DNA from: an uncultured virus (IMG/VR IMGVR_UViG_3300020042_003594)
Lineage: Duplodnaviria; Heunggongvirae; Uroviricota; Caudoviricetes
Virus record (IMG/VR): IMGVR_UViG_3300020042_003594
DNA length: 20,000 bases
Reading direction: 5' to 3' (one strand)
Of the stretch, positions 6,920-14,777 are shown one piece after another; position 1 is the stretch's first letter; each line of letters starts with the position of its first letter. The notes under the pieces are model-generated. The model worked only from the letters and a program-made list of their open reading frames with translations. It searched no databases and was not told the DNA's origin. The position numbers and the translations under genes were made by a program.

Positions 6920-7975
6920 TTAACAGGCCATCAGCACACAAGGCACACAGTAAGAGCCGTCTGCGTAGGTGCAAGTGACATGGGTTGATGTGACCTTGGC
7001 AACAGTCTTAGACCGCACGATGTCATCACCTTGTGGCTTGGCAGTGCCATTACCAGCAGACATGAGTAGATCACCACGGGCAACAGTTGTGCCTTGAGCA
7101 ATCCGGATAATCATGTCGCCCGTCATTGCCATGTTGATCTCGTCTACATTGTGCTGGTCATCATGCGTCCAATTGACAAACACACCAGCGACATTTGCAT
7201 CGCCTTCAACATCCGACACCTTGACCTTGTTTAACTGTTCGTTGTCAACAGGGTTGCCATCAGCGTCTGTGTAGACATTCATTTCATCAAGGTTTGACAG
7301 CACAGTGCCTTTGACAAGCGTATCGTCTTTAGCCGTTGTGGTCTGCGCCCAGCGTGACAAGTGACCGCCGTTGTAAGAGACTGTTGTGCCTGATACAGAA
7401 ATCGTGCCTTCGACTGTTCCCGCTTGGGTAAAAGTTACTAAAGTTCCATCGTTGCCAATTCGACTTACGATAAGTGCGTCTTCTTCGTTTGCCGTAAACA
7501 ATCCTCTGCCTGCTGTCGTAATAATGCACCCAACGACAGTCTCCCCTCCTACAACTGTTGTCTTCGCCACCAGAAAGTTGCCGCTAGAGTCGATACGGGC
7601 GCGTTCTGTGCCGTTTTGCGTAAATGCAAGAACCCCCGAGGCGCCATCTACATTTAACGCAAAGGTGTTTACACTAGGGTGGTAAAAGCCCCCTCTTGAC
7701 CTGTTGCTCGTTGTACCACCATCTGTAATCAAACTAAAACCTTGGCTTGGAGATGTAACGCACAGTGTTGCGTTGTCGTAAGAAGATGTTTGCCCAATTA
7801 GCAATCTGCCGCTGGCATCAAACCTAGCGGCCTCAACACCGCCTTCAGCGAAGCCAATGGTGTCAGCAGCGGGGAAGAAGATGCCTGTGTTGGCATCAGT
7901 GCCTCTGATCGCTGGTGCGGCTGCTGTGCCGTCAACATCAGAAAGGCCGTTTGTGCCGTCTAGAATTAAACTCAT
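6920..7975 (-). CDS. Tail fibre/spike with a putative C-terminal intramolecular-chaperone-like domain
   Basis: 351 aa; GIFFPAADTIGF and ERARIDSSGNFLV fibre repeats; C-terminal GGHLSRW..GDLLMSAGNGTAKPQ..CVLMAC domain. Confidence 0.6.
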   Translation of the reverse strand: MSLILDGTNGLSDVDGTAAAPAIRGTDANTGIFFPAADTIGFAEGGVEAARFDASGRLLIGQTSSYDNATLCVTSPSQGFSLITDGGTTSNRSRGGFYHPSVNTFALNVDGASGVLAFTQNGTERARIDSSGNFLVAKTTVVGGETVVGCIITTAGRGLFTANEEDALIVSRIGNDGTLVTFTQAGTVEGTISVSGTTVSYNGGHLSRWAQTTTAKDDTLVKGTVLSNLDEMNVYTDADGNPVDNEQLNKVKVSDVEGDANVAGVFVNWTHDDQHNVDEINMAMTGDMIIRIAQGTTVARGDLLMSAGNGTAKPQGDDIVRSKTVAKVTSTHVTCTYADGSYCVPCVLMAC

Positions 7976-7987
7976 AATTGTTTCCTT

Positions 7988-8971
7988 TCAAACAACAGCC
8001 CAGCGAGAGCCGCTGGAAACTGTGACTGTGATGCCTGAGTTGATAGTGATGGGGCCAGAGGACATTGCGTTGTTTGTTGCGGCAATGGTGTAATTCTCTG
8101 CCACCGTCTGGCTGTTCACCACAATCCCGTTTGAAGCCACAAGCACTGTTGACTGAAACTCGCCCGTAGACGGCTTGTACAAGAGCTTGGCATTGCTGGT
8201 GTTGACTGTCAAGGCCGTGCCGCTTGTTGCACTTGCCATCAGCGGGTAGATGTTTGTCGCTGTGCTGGTGTCGTTGACGATTGCAGAGCCGCCCACAGAA
8301 GCCCAACCTGCGCCCGTGTAGCCCTCAAACTCACCCGTGGTAGTGTTGAACCTTAGCTTGCCCGTAACGCCCGTGGGTCGCTCTCCTGTCGTTCCCTTGG
8401 AAATCTGCACAGCACCTGTAGATGTGAAGGCTGAGTCTGCTGTGGCCGTGAGGACGGTGACTGTGGTTGTTGTCGCCGCCAAAGTGGTGACTGTGGCTGC
8501 TGCGGGGGTTGCGGCTCCTATCACAGTGCCGTCAATAGCACCCCCGTTGATGTCTACAAAGTCAAACATCTGGATGACGTTGGTGCCGTCTACATACAAG
8601 TGCGCCTTGCGCCCGTTGGGCACCGTGATGCCCGTCCCGCCCGAGGTCTTGACCGTGATGCTCTGAGCGCCGCTGGTGTTGTTCTGAACAATGTACTGCT
8701 TCTCGATGGTGGGCACCACCAACTCACGGGTAACCGTCAGACTGCCCGTAGACGTAGCGTTGAGGACCAAAGCTCGCGCCGTCTGAAGCGCAACTGTGTT
8801 GCTCAGGCTGATGGTCAGGTTGGCGTCAGAGGTAAAAACGGGGTTGCCTAAACCAACAAGGGCCTGCTCGATGGCTGTGCCAATGTTGTCGTTGGTCGTA
8901 GTGCCCCAAGAGCCTGCTTGCTCACCTGTGCCGATTAGTTCAAATTTAAGGTCTGAATACGTGCTTGCCAT
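7988..8971 (-). CDS. Tail/baseplate-proximal fibre protein
   Basis: 327 aa; MASTYSDLKFELIGTGEQAGSWG N-terminus, GTTGERP..GKLRFNTTTGEFEGY module and C-terminal NAMSSGPITINSGITVTVSSGSRWAVV. Confidence 0.65.
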   Translation of the reverse strand: MASTYSDLKFELIGTGEQAGSWGTTTNDNIGTAIEQALVGLGNPVFTSDANLTISLSNTVALQTARALVLNATSTGSLTVTRELVVPTIEKQYIVQNNTSGAQSITVKTSGGTGITVPNGRKAHLYVDGTNVIQMFDFVDINGGAIDGTVIGAATPAAATVTTLAATTTTVTVLTATADSAFTSTGAVQISKGTTGERPTGVTGKLRFNTTTGEFEGYTGAGWASVGGSAIVNDTSTATNIYPLMASATSGTALTVNTSNAKLLYKPSTGEFQSTVLVASNGIVVNSQTVAENYTIAATNNAMSSGPITINSGITVTVSSGSRWAVV

Positions 8972-9028
8972 GTTTTTCCCTTACGTTCGAGTTATTTTCG
9001 CAGATTTACGCATGGTGGGCAACTGCCG

Positions 9029-9487
9029 TTAAACGACAACCCATCGACTACCGCTAGGAACTGTAACTGTGATACTCGAATTAATAGTGACTGGCCCTGC
9101 GCTCATGGCGTTGTTTCCTGCCGTAATAGTTGAGCTAACAGCAACCGTTGCGGAGTTTTCAACGTAACCTTGGCCTCCAATTACGGCGCGTTCTGACGGA
9201 TAGGTAACAAAGACGTCTTTTGTCCCGGCGCTAAAGTTGACCGCTGATCCACTATTAGACGATGACAACACCACTGTTCGGGCTAGGGTTGTGCCTGACG
9301 AAGCGTAAGTGCCAATCCCGACTTCCCACTCAGATGTGGTTTGACCCGCAATGGTGTAGTAGGTGGTGTTGGCGTCGCCAACTGCCGCAAACGACTGGAA
9401 CCCCGTTGATGCGCCCAGAAGCGTTACTGTTCCAGTACCTGTCGTGGTGGTTGTTTCTTTTACCCGGTCTGCAAGTACGAGAGCCAT
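9029..9487 (-). CDS. Tail virion protein
   Basis: 152 aa; MALVLADRVKETTTTTGTGT..WEVGIGTY..KDVFVTYP conserved phage module; C-terminus paralogous to that of 7988..8971. Confidence 0.65.
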   Translation of the reverse strand: MALVLADRVKETTTTTGTGTVTLLGASTGFQSFAAVGDANTTYYTIAGQTTSEWEVGIGTYASSGTTLARTVVLSSSNSGSAVNFSAGTKDVFVTYPSERAVIGGQGYVENSATVAVSSTITAGNNAMSAGPVTINSSITVTVPSGSRWVVV

Positions 9488-9495
9488 ATGTATCC

Positions 9496-10341
9496 TTAAT
9501 CCGTCTCAACCAACGACCAGTCAGCCGTTTCTGCGTTATTTACCAGCGCCCAGTTGGGTGTTTGAGAATCGTTGACATTTTGCCAGTTTGCGGTCTGACT
9601 GTCATTTACCAAAATCCAGTAAACGGCGATTACAGTTCCAGCCGCGCCCGAGGCTTGCACCCCAGACAGCGCAAAAGACTCTGTAAACCCAACCGACCCA
9701 GCGGTTCCAATTGCCAAATTTCCAGTCAGCGCAACTGTCTTGCTGTGGGTTATCGTCCCCGCAAAACCTGAAGCCGCCACTCCTGTAAGAGCAACGGTGA
9801 GAGAAGGTGCTACTGTGCCAACTGATCCTATAGCCTCATCGCCGGATGTTGCGTCCGACTCGTTGTAGATCATCGTCCCAACAAAACCGGAAGCCTCTAC
9901 ACCTGACAACGCAAGCGCTGTATCCCCGCGAGAAACCGTACCAACAGCCCCAGATACAGACACGCCAGTCAGGGCAAGAGAGTTTGCTGCCTCAACGGAA
10001 CCAACACCCCCTAAAGCCTCTACCCCCGACAGAGCAACAGTGCTTGAGCCTGCTACAGAATCAACAGCCCCAGACGCTGACACACCAGTCAGAGCAACTG
10101 TCAAGGCCGCAGTAACTGATCCAACAAAACCGGAGGCCGCAACACCCGACAGAGCAACGCTGCTTGCGCCTGTTACAGAATCAACACTTCCCGACGCTGA
10201 CACACCCGTGAGGGCAAAAGACTCTGTTAGTTCAACTGATCCAACATTCCCAGACGCAGACACGCCCGTCAGGGCAACTATGACTATGTTTTCGCCAAGA
10301 GCCGCAAATGGGGCCTGTGCAAATGCGGATATACCAAACAT
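9496..10341 (-). CDS. Repeat-containing virion protein (about 11 x 20-aa repeats)
   Basis: 281 aa; repeats of AL(T/S)GVxAxGxVGxV and a C-terminal Trp every 11 residues. Confidence 0.7.
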   Translation of the reverse strand: MFGISAFAQAPFAALGENIVIVALTGVSASGNVGSVELTESFALTGVSASGSVDSVTGASSVALSGVAASGFVGSVTAALTVALTGVSASGAVDSVAGSSTVALSGVEALGGVGSVEAANSLALTGVSVSGAVGTVSRGDTALALSGVEASGFVGTMIYNESDATSGDEAIGSVGTVAPSLTVALTGVAASGFAGTITHSKTVALTGNLAIGTAGSVGFTESFALSGVQASGAAGTVIAVYWILVNDSQTANWQNVNDSQTPNWALVNNAETADWSLVETD

Positions 10342-10364
10342 GGTCTACGGCTTGCGCCGCCTCC
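10342..10364 (-). promoter_or_regulatory. SD plus GNRA hairpin immediately before the start codon (possible split RBS)
   Basis: Minus strand reads GGAG-GCGGC-GCAA-GCCGT-AGACC-ATG. Confidence 0.45.
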
Positions 10365-10366
10365 GC

Positions 10367-10858
10367 TTAGGTTGTTGCCAAGCGAATTAACGCCGCTGCG
10401 GTTGTGTTGGCAGGCATCGTCAATGTAAAAGTACCAGCCGTGATGGTTTGAGAACCAAAAGTGTGTACGCTGATCGCCTTGTTGCTCTGGGTTGAGTTGT
10501 ACAACAATACAGCATCAAATGCGGTTGCCAGTGTTACAGAGGTGTAAACGATTGAAGCTGAAGGCGTGAAGAACGCCACACCAGCAGTTGCCGAAGTGTT
10601 GGTTGAAGTTGGAGCCGTAGCATTTGTTACCGTCACGCCGCCAGCGACATAGCCTGTACCAGAGACCTCATTTGAAGCTGAGTAAGCCGTGGTAGCTGCA
10701 TTGACCGTTGCCGTAGTCAAGTACAGCGCCGCTTTAAGCGTGTCTGTAGTCGGGGCGGTCAAACTGGTACGTGAAACAAGTGTTGCAGCGCCGAGTTGGT
10801 GCTCGCCAAGCATAAGCTGGCTCATAAACGAAGTGCACATTGATTGGGTGTTTGCCAT
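10367..10858 (-). CDS. Virion structural protein, paralog of 11065..11481
   Basis: 163 aa; TSF..DTLKAALY..TTAY..EVSGTGY.AGG..YNSTQSNKAI..FGS..ALIR. Confidence 0.7.
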   Translation of the reverse strand: MANTQSMCTSFMSQLMLGEHQLGAATLVSRTSLTAPTTDTLKAALYLTTATVNAATTAYSASNEVSGTGYVAGGVTVTNATAPTSTNTSATAGVAFFTPSASIVYTSVTLATAFDAVLLYNSTQSNKAISVHTFGSQTITAGTFTLTMPANTTAAALIRLATT

Positions 10859-10867
10859 GATAGTTCC

Positions 10868-11056
10868 TTAAAAAGATGCCACTGAGCTAGCGAGCGTTAC
10901 GGTTTTCTTCAAAGTAACATGCGCGGAGCGGTGGACAAGCTCTCCGTCCAACCAGTACTCAACCCACGTAGTGGTTTCGTTGTCATTATCGACTGTACCT
11001 TCCCGCTTTTCAAGCAGAGAATCGTCCATGTCGCCTTTGGTCGTGGTTACAAGCAT
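10868..11056 (-). CDS. Small conserved phage protein
   Basis: 62 aa; TTKGDMDDSLLEKREG..WVEYWLDGELVHRSAHV; TAAGGA SD. Confidence 0.7.
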   Translation of the reverse strand: MLVTTTKGDMDDSLLEKREGTVDNDNETTTWVEYWLDGELVHRSAHVTLKKTVTLASSVASF

Positions 11057-11064
11057 GTTGGTCC

Positions 11065-11481
11065 TTATGAAATGCGGATTAACGCGGATGACACTGTATT
11101 AGACGGCATCTCGACAACAAAGGTGGTGGTCGCCACCTTGTCAGAACCAAAGTCCAATATAGCAATTGCTTTGTTGCTCTTGGTGACGTTGTAGATTAAC
11201 GCGCCTCGGGCTGTGAAGTTAGCGGGGTTCCATGTGGGGTTGGCAAAATCTACAAAGGCTGTGGTGCCAGAGGTCTGAACCGTAACGCCCGTCAACACAT
11301 TGCCCCCGGCTGTGTAGCCAGTACCAGATGTTTCGCCTGTTGCCGTGTAAACAGTGGTGTCCGCACCGAGATTGGCTGTCGCCAAATACAAGGCCATCTT
11401 CAATGTGTCCGTTTCAAGATCGTGTACACCCAGCAAAATATCTTGCTTAAAGCTTGTGGTGAGTGTCTGGTCAAATGCCAT
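11065..11481 (-). CDS. Virion structural protein, paralog of 10367..10858
   Basis: 138 aa; TTSFKQDILLGVHD..DTLKMALY..SGTGYTAGG..ARGALIYN..NKAIAILDFGSDK. Confidence 0.7.
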   Translation of the reverse strand: MAFDQTLTTSFKQDILLGVHDLETDTLKMALYLATANLGADTTVYTATGETSGTGYTAGGNVLTGVTVQTSGTTAFVDFANPTWNPANFTARGALIYNVTKSNKAIAILDFGSDKVATTTFVVEMPSNTVSSALIRIS

Positions 11482-11482
11482 A

Positions 11483-12169
11483 TCAGATCACCTTCTGCTT
11501 GTATTGACCGTCCCGATACGCATCACCGCGCTCAAGACCATCACCAAGTCGCTTGGCCTGTGCCAGAGCTTCTGTGTACTTGCCGTTGTACAGGGCAACC
11601 ATATCGGCCTCACCCTTCATAAATGTAATCGCCTCTACCAGCGAGCCGTACAGGAGCACAGGATCGTAGTTGTCGCCCAGCCAAGATGTTCCTGCTGTAA
11701 CAATGGAAGTCGGATAGTAGAAGTAATGCAGCTCTACGTAATACGCAGCATCAGGCGTTGGACCGAGGATAAGTGATAGCTCAGTGGTAATCGCTGAATT
11801 CAGGATTGTCGGGCCAAACAAAGCGTAGTATTTTGGCTCGCCCGTGTCATTTGGGCTTGGGTAAGCCTGCCGGATAAAGTTTACGTCTTTGTTGAGCAAG
11901 TACTCATACGTGCCAGTGTCTAAGTTTGCACCGACAACACCTGTCACCAAGGCCAACGAAAACACCGACAAGAAATCGTTTGGCAAAGACACGTACTTGT
12001 TGTTCGTCGTTATCAATGAGTACTGATTCTTGCGAAGTGCGGGGAACTGAACAGTGTTAAAAATGCGTTCTTCGGCCTGCTGCACAAACACCGAAATGTT
12101 GTCTATGAAGTCTTGGTCGAAGTTCTGCGTGTAATCGCAGATCGCATCTGTTAACTGGGTGTAGTTCAC
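11483..12169 (-). CDS. Putative head-tail adaptor / tail tubular protein A-like
   Basis: 228 aa; MNYTQL..I.DY..FVQQAEERI..LPNDFL..GPTPD..ELHYFYYP..LLYGSLVEA, an adaptor-type motif set in the head-tail junction position. Confidence 0.6.
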   Translation of the reverse strand: MNYTQLTDAICDYTQNFDQDFIDNISVFVQQAEERIFNTVQFPALRKNQYSLITTNNKYVSLPNDFLSVFSLALVTGVVGANLDTGTYEYLLNKDVNFIRQAYPSPNDTGEPKYYALFGPTILNSAITTELSLILGPTPDAAYYVELHYFYYPTSIVTAGTSWLGDNYDPVLLYGSLVEAITFMKGEADMVALYNGKYTEALAQAKRLGDGLERGDAYRDGQYKQKVI

Positions 12170-12369
12170 GCCATTGGTCCCCGTGCAGTGCGACCCTTAG
12201 TGGCTGCGCCATTACCACGGGTCACTATGCCTGTGGTCTTTGTGGGCTTGTAGTCGTTACTGCGGTTGTTGCCGACAGACACGTTTAAATCTTTCATGTA
12301 CTTCTGGTTGTCCGAAGGCGGAAGTACCGCCTGTGTCGGGGCGGGTCTGGTTTTGTACGATACTGCCAT
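12166..12369 (-). CDS. Small basic protein
   Basis: 67 aa ending TRGNGAATKGRTARGPMA; AAGGAG SD. Confidence 0.7.
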   Translation of the reverse strand: MAVSYKTRPAPTQAVLPPSDNQKYMKDLNVSVGNNRSNDYKPTKTTGIVTRGNGAATKGRTARGPMA

Positions 12370-12379
12370 TTCTGACTCC

Positions 12380-12769
12380 TTATGTTACTGAAACTGTTAC
12401 TTGCCCTACCGCTGTCGTCATGACCAAATTGTTCGGTGTCATTAACTCGGTAAAGAAACTTGACCCGCCAACTGGATTGTAGCCCCACTGGATGTCCCGG
12501 CTACCCCCGGTATTGAACCCTGCCGTGTTTACACCTGCCTCTACATACGTTGAGTCCCTGCGCGGGTTTCTTACGGCCTGCGGGTCATCTACGGGATACA
12601 TGCCCAACTGTAGCTGCGGCTGGTCCGGGTCGTAGCAGGACGGGCAGACCAACGTGTTTTTAATCTTTGTCTTGACAACTTCTTTACGCAGGTTGGTCAG
12701 CTTAAACTGAAAACCACACCTGTCGCAGATGGCAATGCTGTTTTTGCCTGATGCAAAACGATTGCCCAT
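12380..12769 (-). CDS. CxxC-CxxC (putative zinc ribbon) head-tail region protein
   Basis: 129 aa with CDRC and CPSC; coupled to the upstream gene. Confidence 0.7.
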   Translation of the reverse strand: MGNRFASGKNSIAICDRCGFQFKLTNLRKEVVKTKIKNTLVCPSCYDPDQPQLQLGMYPVDDPQAVRNPRRDSTYVEAGVNTAGFNTGGSRDIQWGYNPVGGSSFFTELMTPNNLVMTTAVGQVTVSVT

Positions 12770-13702
12770 TTAAGTACTGCTTCCAATGAACATCTGGCGC
12801 GGCACAAACCGAACAGACGCCTTCTCACGGTCCTCATCCGAAGCCAGTTGCCACGCCTCATCGTACTGCTGTTTGAGCACGCCCAGACGTTCAAGGCCAC
12901 CGGGCACCTTTATAGCCAAGTAATAGGCCAGCCCCGCCACCATGCAAGGCACGAACCGGAAGGGCACGTCCATGACGTTGACACCACCACCGGCATCCTG
13001 CGTACGGCGCAGACGCCAGTAAACCAGTGTGTAGGTCTGCGAGCCATCCGGCGTTGGCCAGACAGTGACGGCTGGCAACTGCTCCAAGAACACGGCTGTG
13101 CCCGTAGTGTGAGAAGCTGCGGTGGTGTTGTTCTGAGCGCGGAAACAGTTATTTAGGGTATTCCCTGATATGTAGCTGTAGTTGATGGTCTCGTTGTCAA
13201 TTTTTATAAAACCGGAAGCTGGCAGGCCCACAGTAGAACTGAGGGTGAGTGTTGTAGCCGTTGCGGTAATAGTGCCACTCAACGTCAGGCCCGTAGGCGA
13301 GCTTTGTGCGTTGTACCGCTGAATCCAGATTTGGATAGGCCGCGCCTGTTGAATCTTGTTTGGAATCGTGGCGTAGGTTGATACGCTGATCCGGGTGATC
13401 GTCAAGTCTGCCTGTGTAGACGCCGTGTTAGCACCAGTGCGGATAACGTGCTCAAGCAAGTCAACGGTGTCTGACGGCAGGGCGTAAGTGTTTTGCCCCT
13501 GCACCAAAGTAATGGAGCCTTGCTCAAACGTCCACATGTTCACGCCACGGTTGGCCCAGTCAGCAAACAGCAGGTTCAGCGACCGGCGGGCAGTCCGCAA
13601 GTCGTACCCCGTACGCATCTCGCTACCAACGCGCTCAAACGCTTCCTCGACCAGATCAGTTAGGTCAAGGTTAAAGGCTGCTGTGCCAGAGGTGGTTGCC
13701 AT
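12770..13702 (-). CDS. Putative head completion / adaptor protein
   Basis: 310 aa; FNLDL.DLVEEAFER..TARRSLNLLFADWANRG..WPTPD..AGLAYYLA..YDEAW; head-tail module position. Confidence 0.6.
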   Translation of the reverse strand: MATTSGTAAFNLDLTDLVEEAFERVGSEMRTGYDLRTARRSLNLLFADWANRGVNMWTFEQGSITLVQGQNTYALPSDTVDLLEHVIRTGANTASTQADLTITRISVSTYATIPNKIQQARPIQIWIQRYNAQSSPTGLTLSGTITATATTLTLSSTVGLPASGFIKIDNETINYSYISGNTLNNCFRAQNNTTAASHTTGTAVFLEQLPAVTVWPTPDGSQTYTLVYWRLRRTQDAGGGVNVMDVPFRFVPCMVAGLAYYLAIKVPGGLERLGVLKQQYDEAWQLASDEDREKASVRFVPRQMFIGSST

Positions 13703-14043
13703 TATCTAAACCCTGCTGTTTTCTTTGCAATACGTTTGGGCTGTGCTACGAACTGTTTTCCGGCGGCTTTTCCTGCTCGCTTGGCTTTGGTCGTCGCAGC
13801 GTACTCAGCAGGGCTGAGACTTTTAATCGCAGCTTTTGGAAGATATCGCTCACCTGTTTCAGAAGATTTTTTACCACTTTTGGTTCCCCAGTCTTGTTTG
13901 CCCCAGTCTTTGAGAGACTGTTGCGGTTTAGCCAAGCCGCCTGTTGCCATCTTCTTCTTTCCAGCGCAATGAGCTTTCTCTGAGAACCCTTTTGGGGCAT
14001 CACAATTGATTGCCTTCTTGCGCTTATCAGACCATTTAGTCAC
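13702..14043 (-). CDS. Lys-rich protein resembling the C-terminal half of DUF5872-type proteins
   Basis: Probable GTG start at 14043 overlapping the upstream gene end (the track start 14115 overlaps more deeply); QQSLKDWGKQDWGTKSG..ERYLPKAAIKSLSPAEY..KQFVAQP. Confidence 0.65.
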   Translation of the reverse strand: MTKWSDKRKKAINCDAPKGFSEKAHCAGKKKMATGGLAKPQQSLKDWGKQDWGTKSGKKSSETGERYLPKAAIKSLSPAEYAATTKAKRAGKAAGKQFVAQPKRIAKKTAGFR

Positions 14044-14326
14044 GGTACCCGCCGCCAGCTTTTTTGTAACGCTGTGCCACCATTTGTGCTTTTCTCGCGC
14101 TCCATTGTCCAGCACCTGTGCCAGCGGTGGCTTCGGCCTTTACGGCGTTGAAGATGCGCTTACGCAGTTCTGGCTTGGTGTAGTTCCCCGCAGCGTTGAC
14201 CTTAGACTTGACCTTACCACCCTTGGCAAACAAGTCAACCTTGTTCGGATCATCCTTGCGGGTGATCTTCTTGCCCTTGGGCATTTTGCTGGGGGCAATG
14301 TCCCCCATGCCACGGCTGGCCATCAT
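14036..14326 (-). CDS. Lys-rich protein resembling the N-terminal half of DUF5872-type proteins
   Basis: 96 aa; NYTKPELRKRI..GQWSARKAQ..YKKAGGGY. Confidence 0.7.
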   Translation of the reverse strand: MMASRGMGDIAPSKMPKGKKITRKDDPNKVDLFAKGGKVKSKVNAAGNYTKPELRKRIFNAVKAEATAGTGAGQWSARKAQMVAQRYKKAGGGYRD

Positions 14327-14767
14327 TTAGCAGACCTTGCCTTTGGTCTTGCCACGCTGGGCAATACCGTCAGCACGTCTAGAAGCCGAAGAAGTCATGC
14401 CGCCGGAAGCCATCTTCTTGACTTTGCCGCCGCGCTTCATGCTCATGTCAGAAACGTCTTTGTTCTCGTAGTTGGTGTTGGTGCCGGGACGAGTAACGTC
14501 AGACAGTTTGGAAGAGCTGCGGGGGCCGTACGAACGATTTAGCTTGTCCATCTTGGCTTCTTCGTCAGGATTACGGCCAAGGCTGCGCCGAGCACTTGCG
14601 GACTCGTCACGGGTCATGGTCACGCCCATCTCTTCGCCCAACTCTGATTTAGTTGACGTTTTTGGTTTTGCCAAGTCAGTCGTGTACTTTTTACCGTTAA
14701 AAGTAAAAGTTTTATCGCCTGAAGCACGGGCTTCACGGAACGCTTTTCCAAATGTACTGGTAGCCAT
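14327..14767 (-). CDS. Basic low-complexity protein with MxxGG motifs
   Basis: 146 aa; N-terminal TFGKAFREAR..KTFTFNGKKYTT module, then MKRGG, MASGG and RADGIAQRGKTKG. Confidence 0.7.
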   Translation of the reverse strand: MATSTFGKAFREARASGDKTFTFNGKKYTTDLAKPKTSTKSELGEEMGVTMTRDESASARRSLGRNPDEEAKMDKLNRSYGPRSSSKLSDVTRPGTNTNYENKDVSDMSMKRGGKVKKMASGGMTSSASRRADGIAQRGKTKGKVC

Positions 14768-14777
14768 AATCAGTTCC

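Noticed and set aside
8994..9022. Possible internal promoter TTGCCC-17-GAAAAT and a 10-codon ORF (MRKSAKITRT) in the 57-bp gap
   Set aside because: The -10 match is weak and the mini-ORF has no SD; chance cannot be excluded.
9650..10290. CRISPR-like periodic repeats
   Set aside because: The 60-bp periodicity is degenerate at third codon positions and is explained by protein repeats; there are no unique spacers.
14044..14115. Extended N-terminus (MLDNGAREK...) given by the ORF track
   Set aside because: It overlaps the conserved-looking C-terminus of the upstream gene; the GTG at 14043 gives normal coupling.
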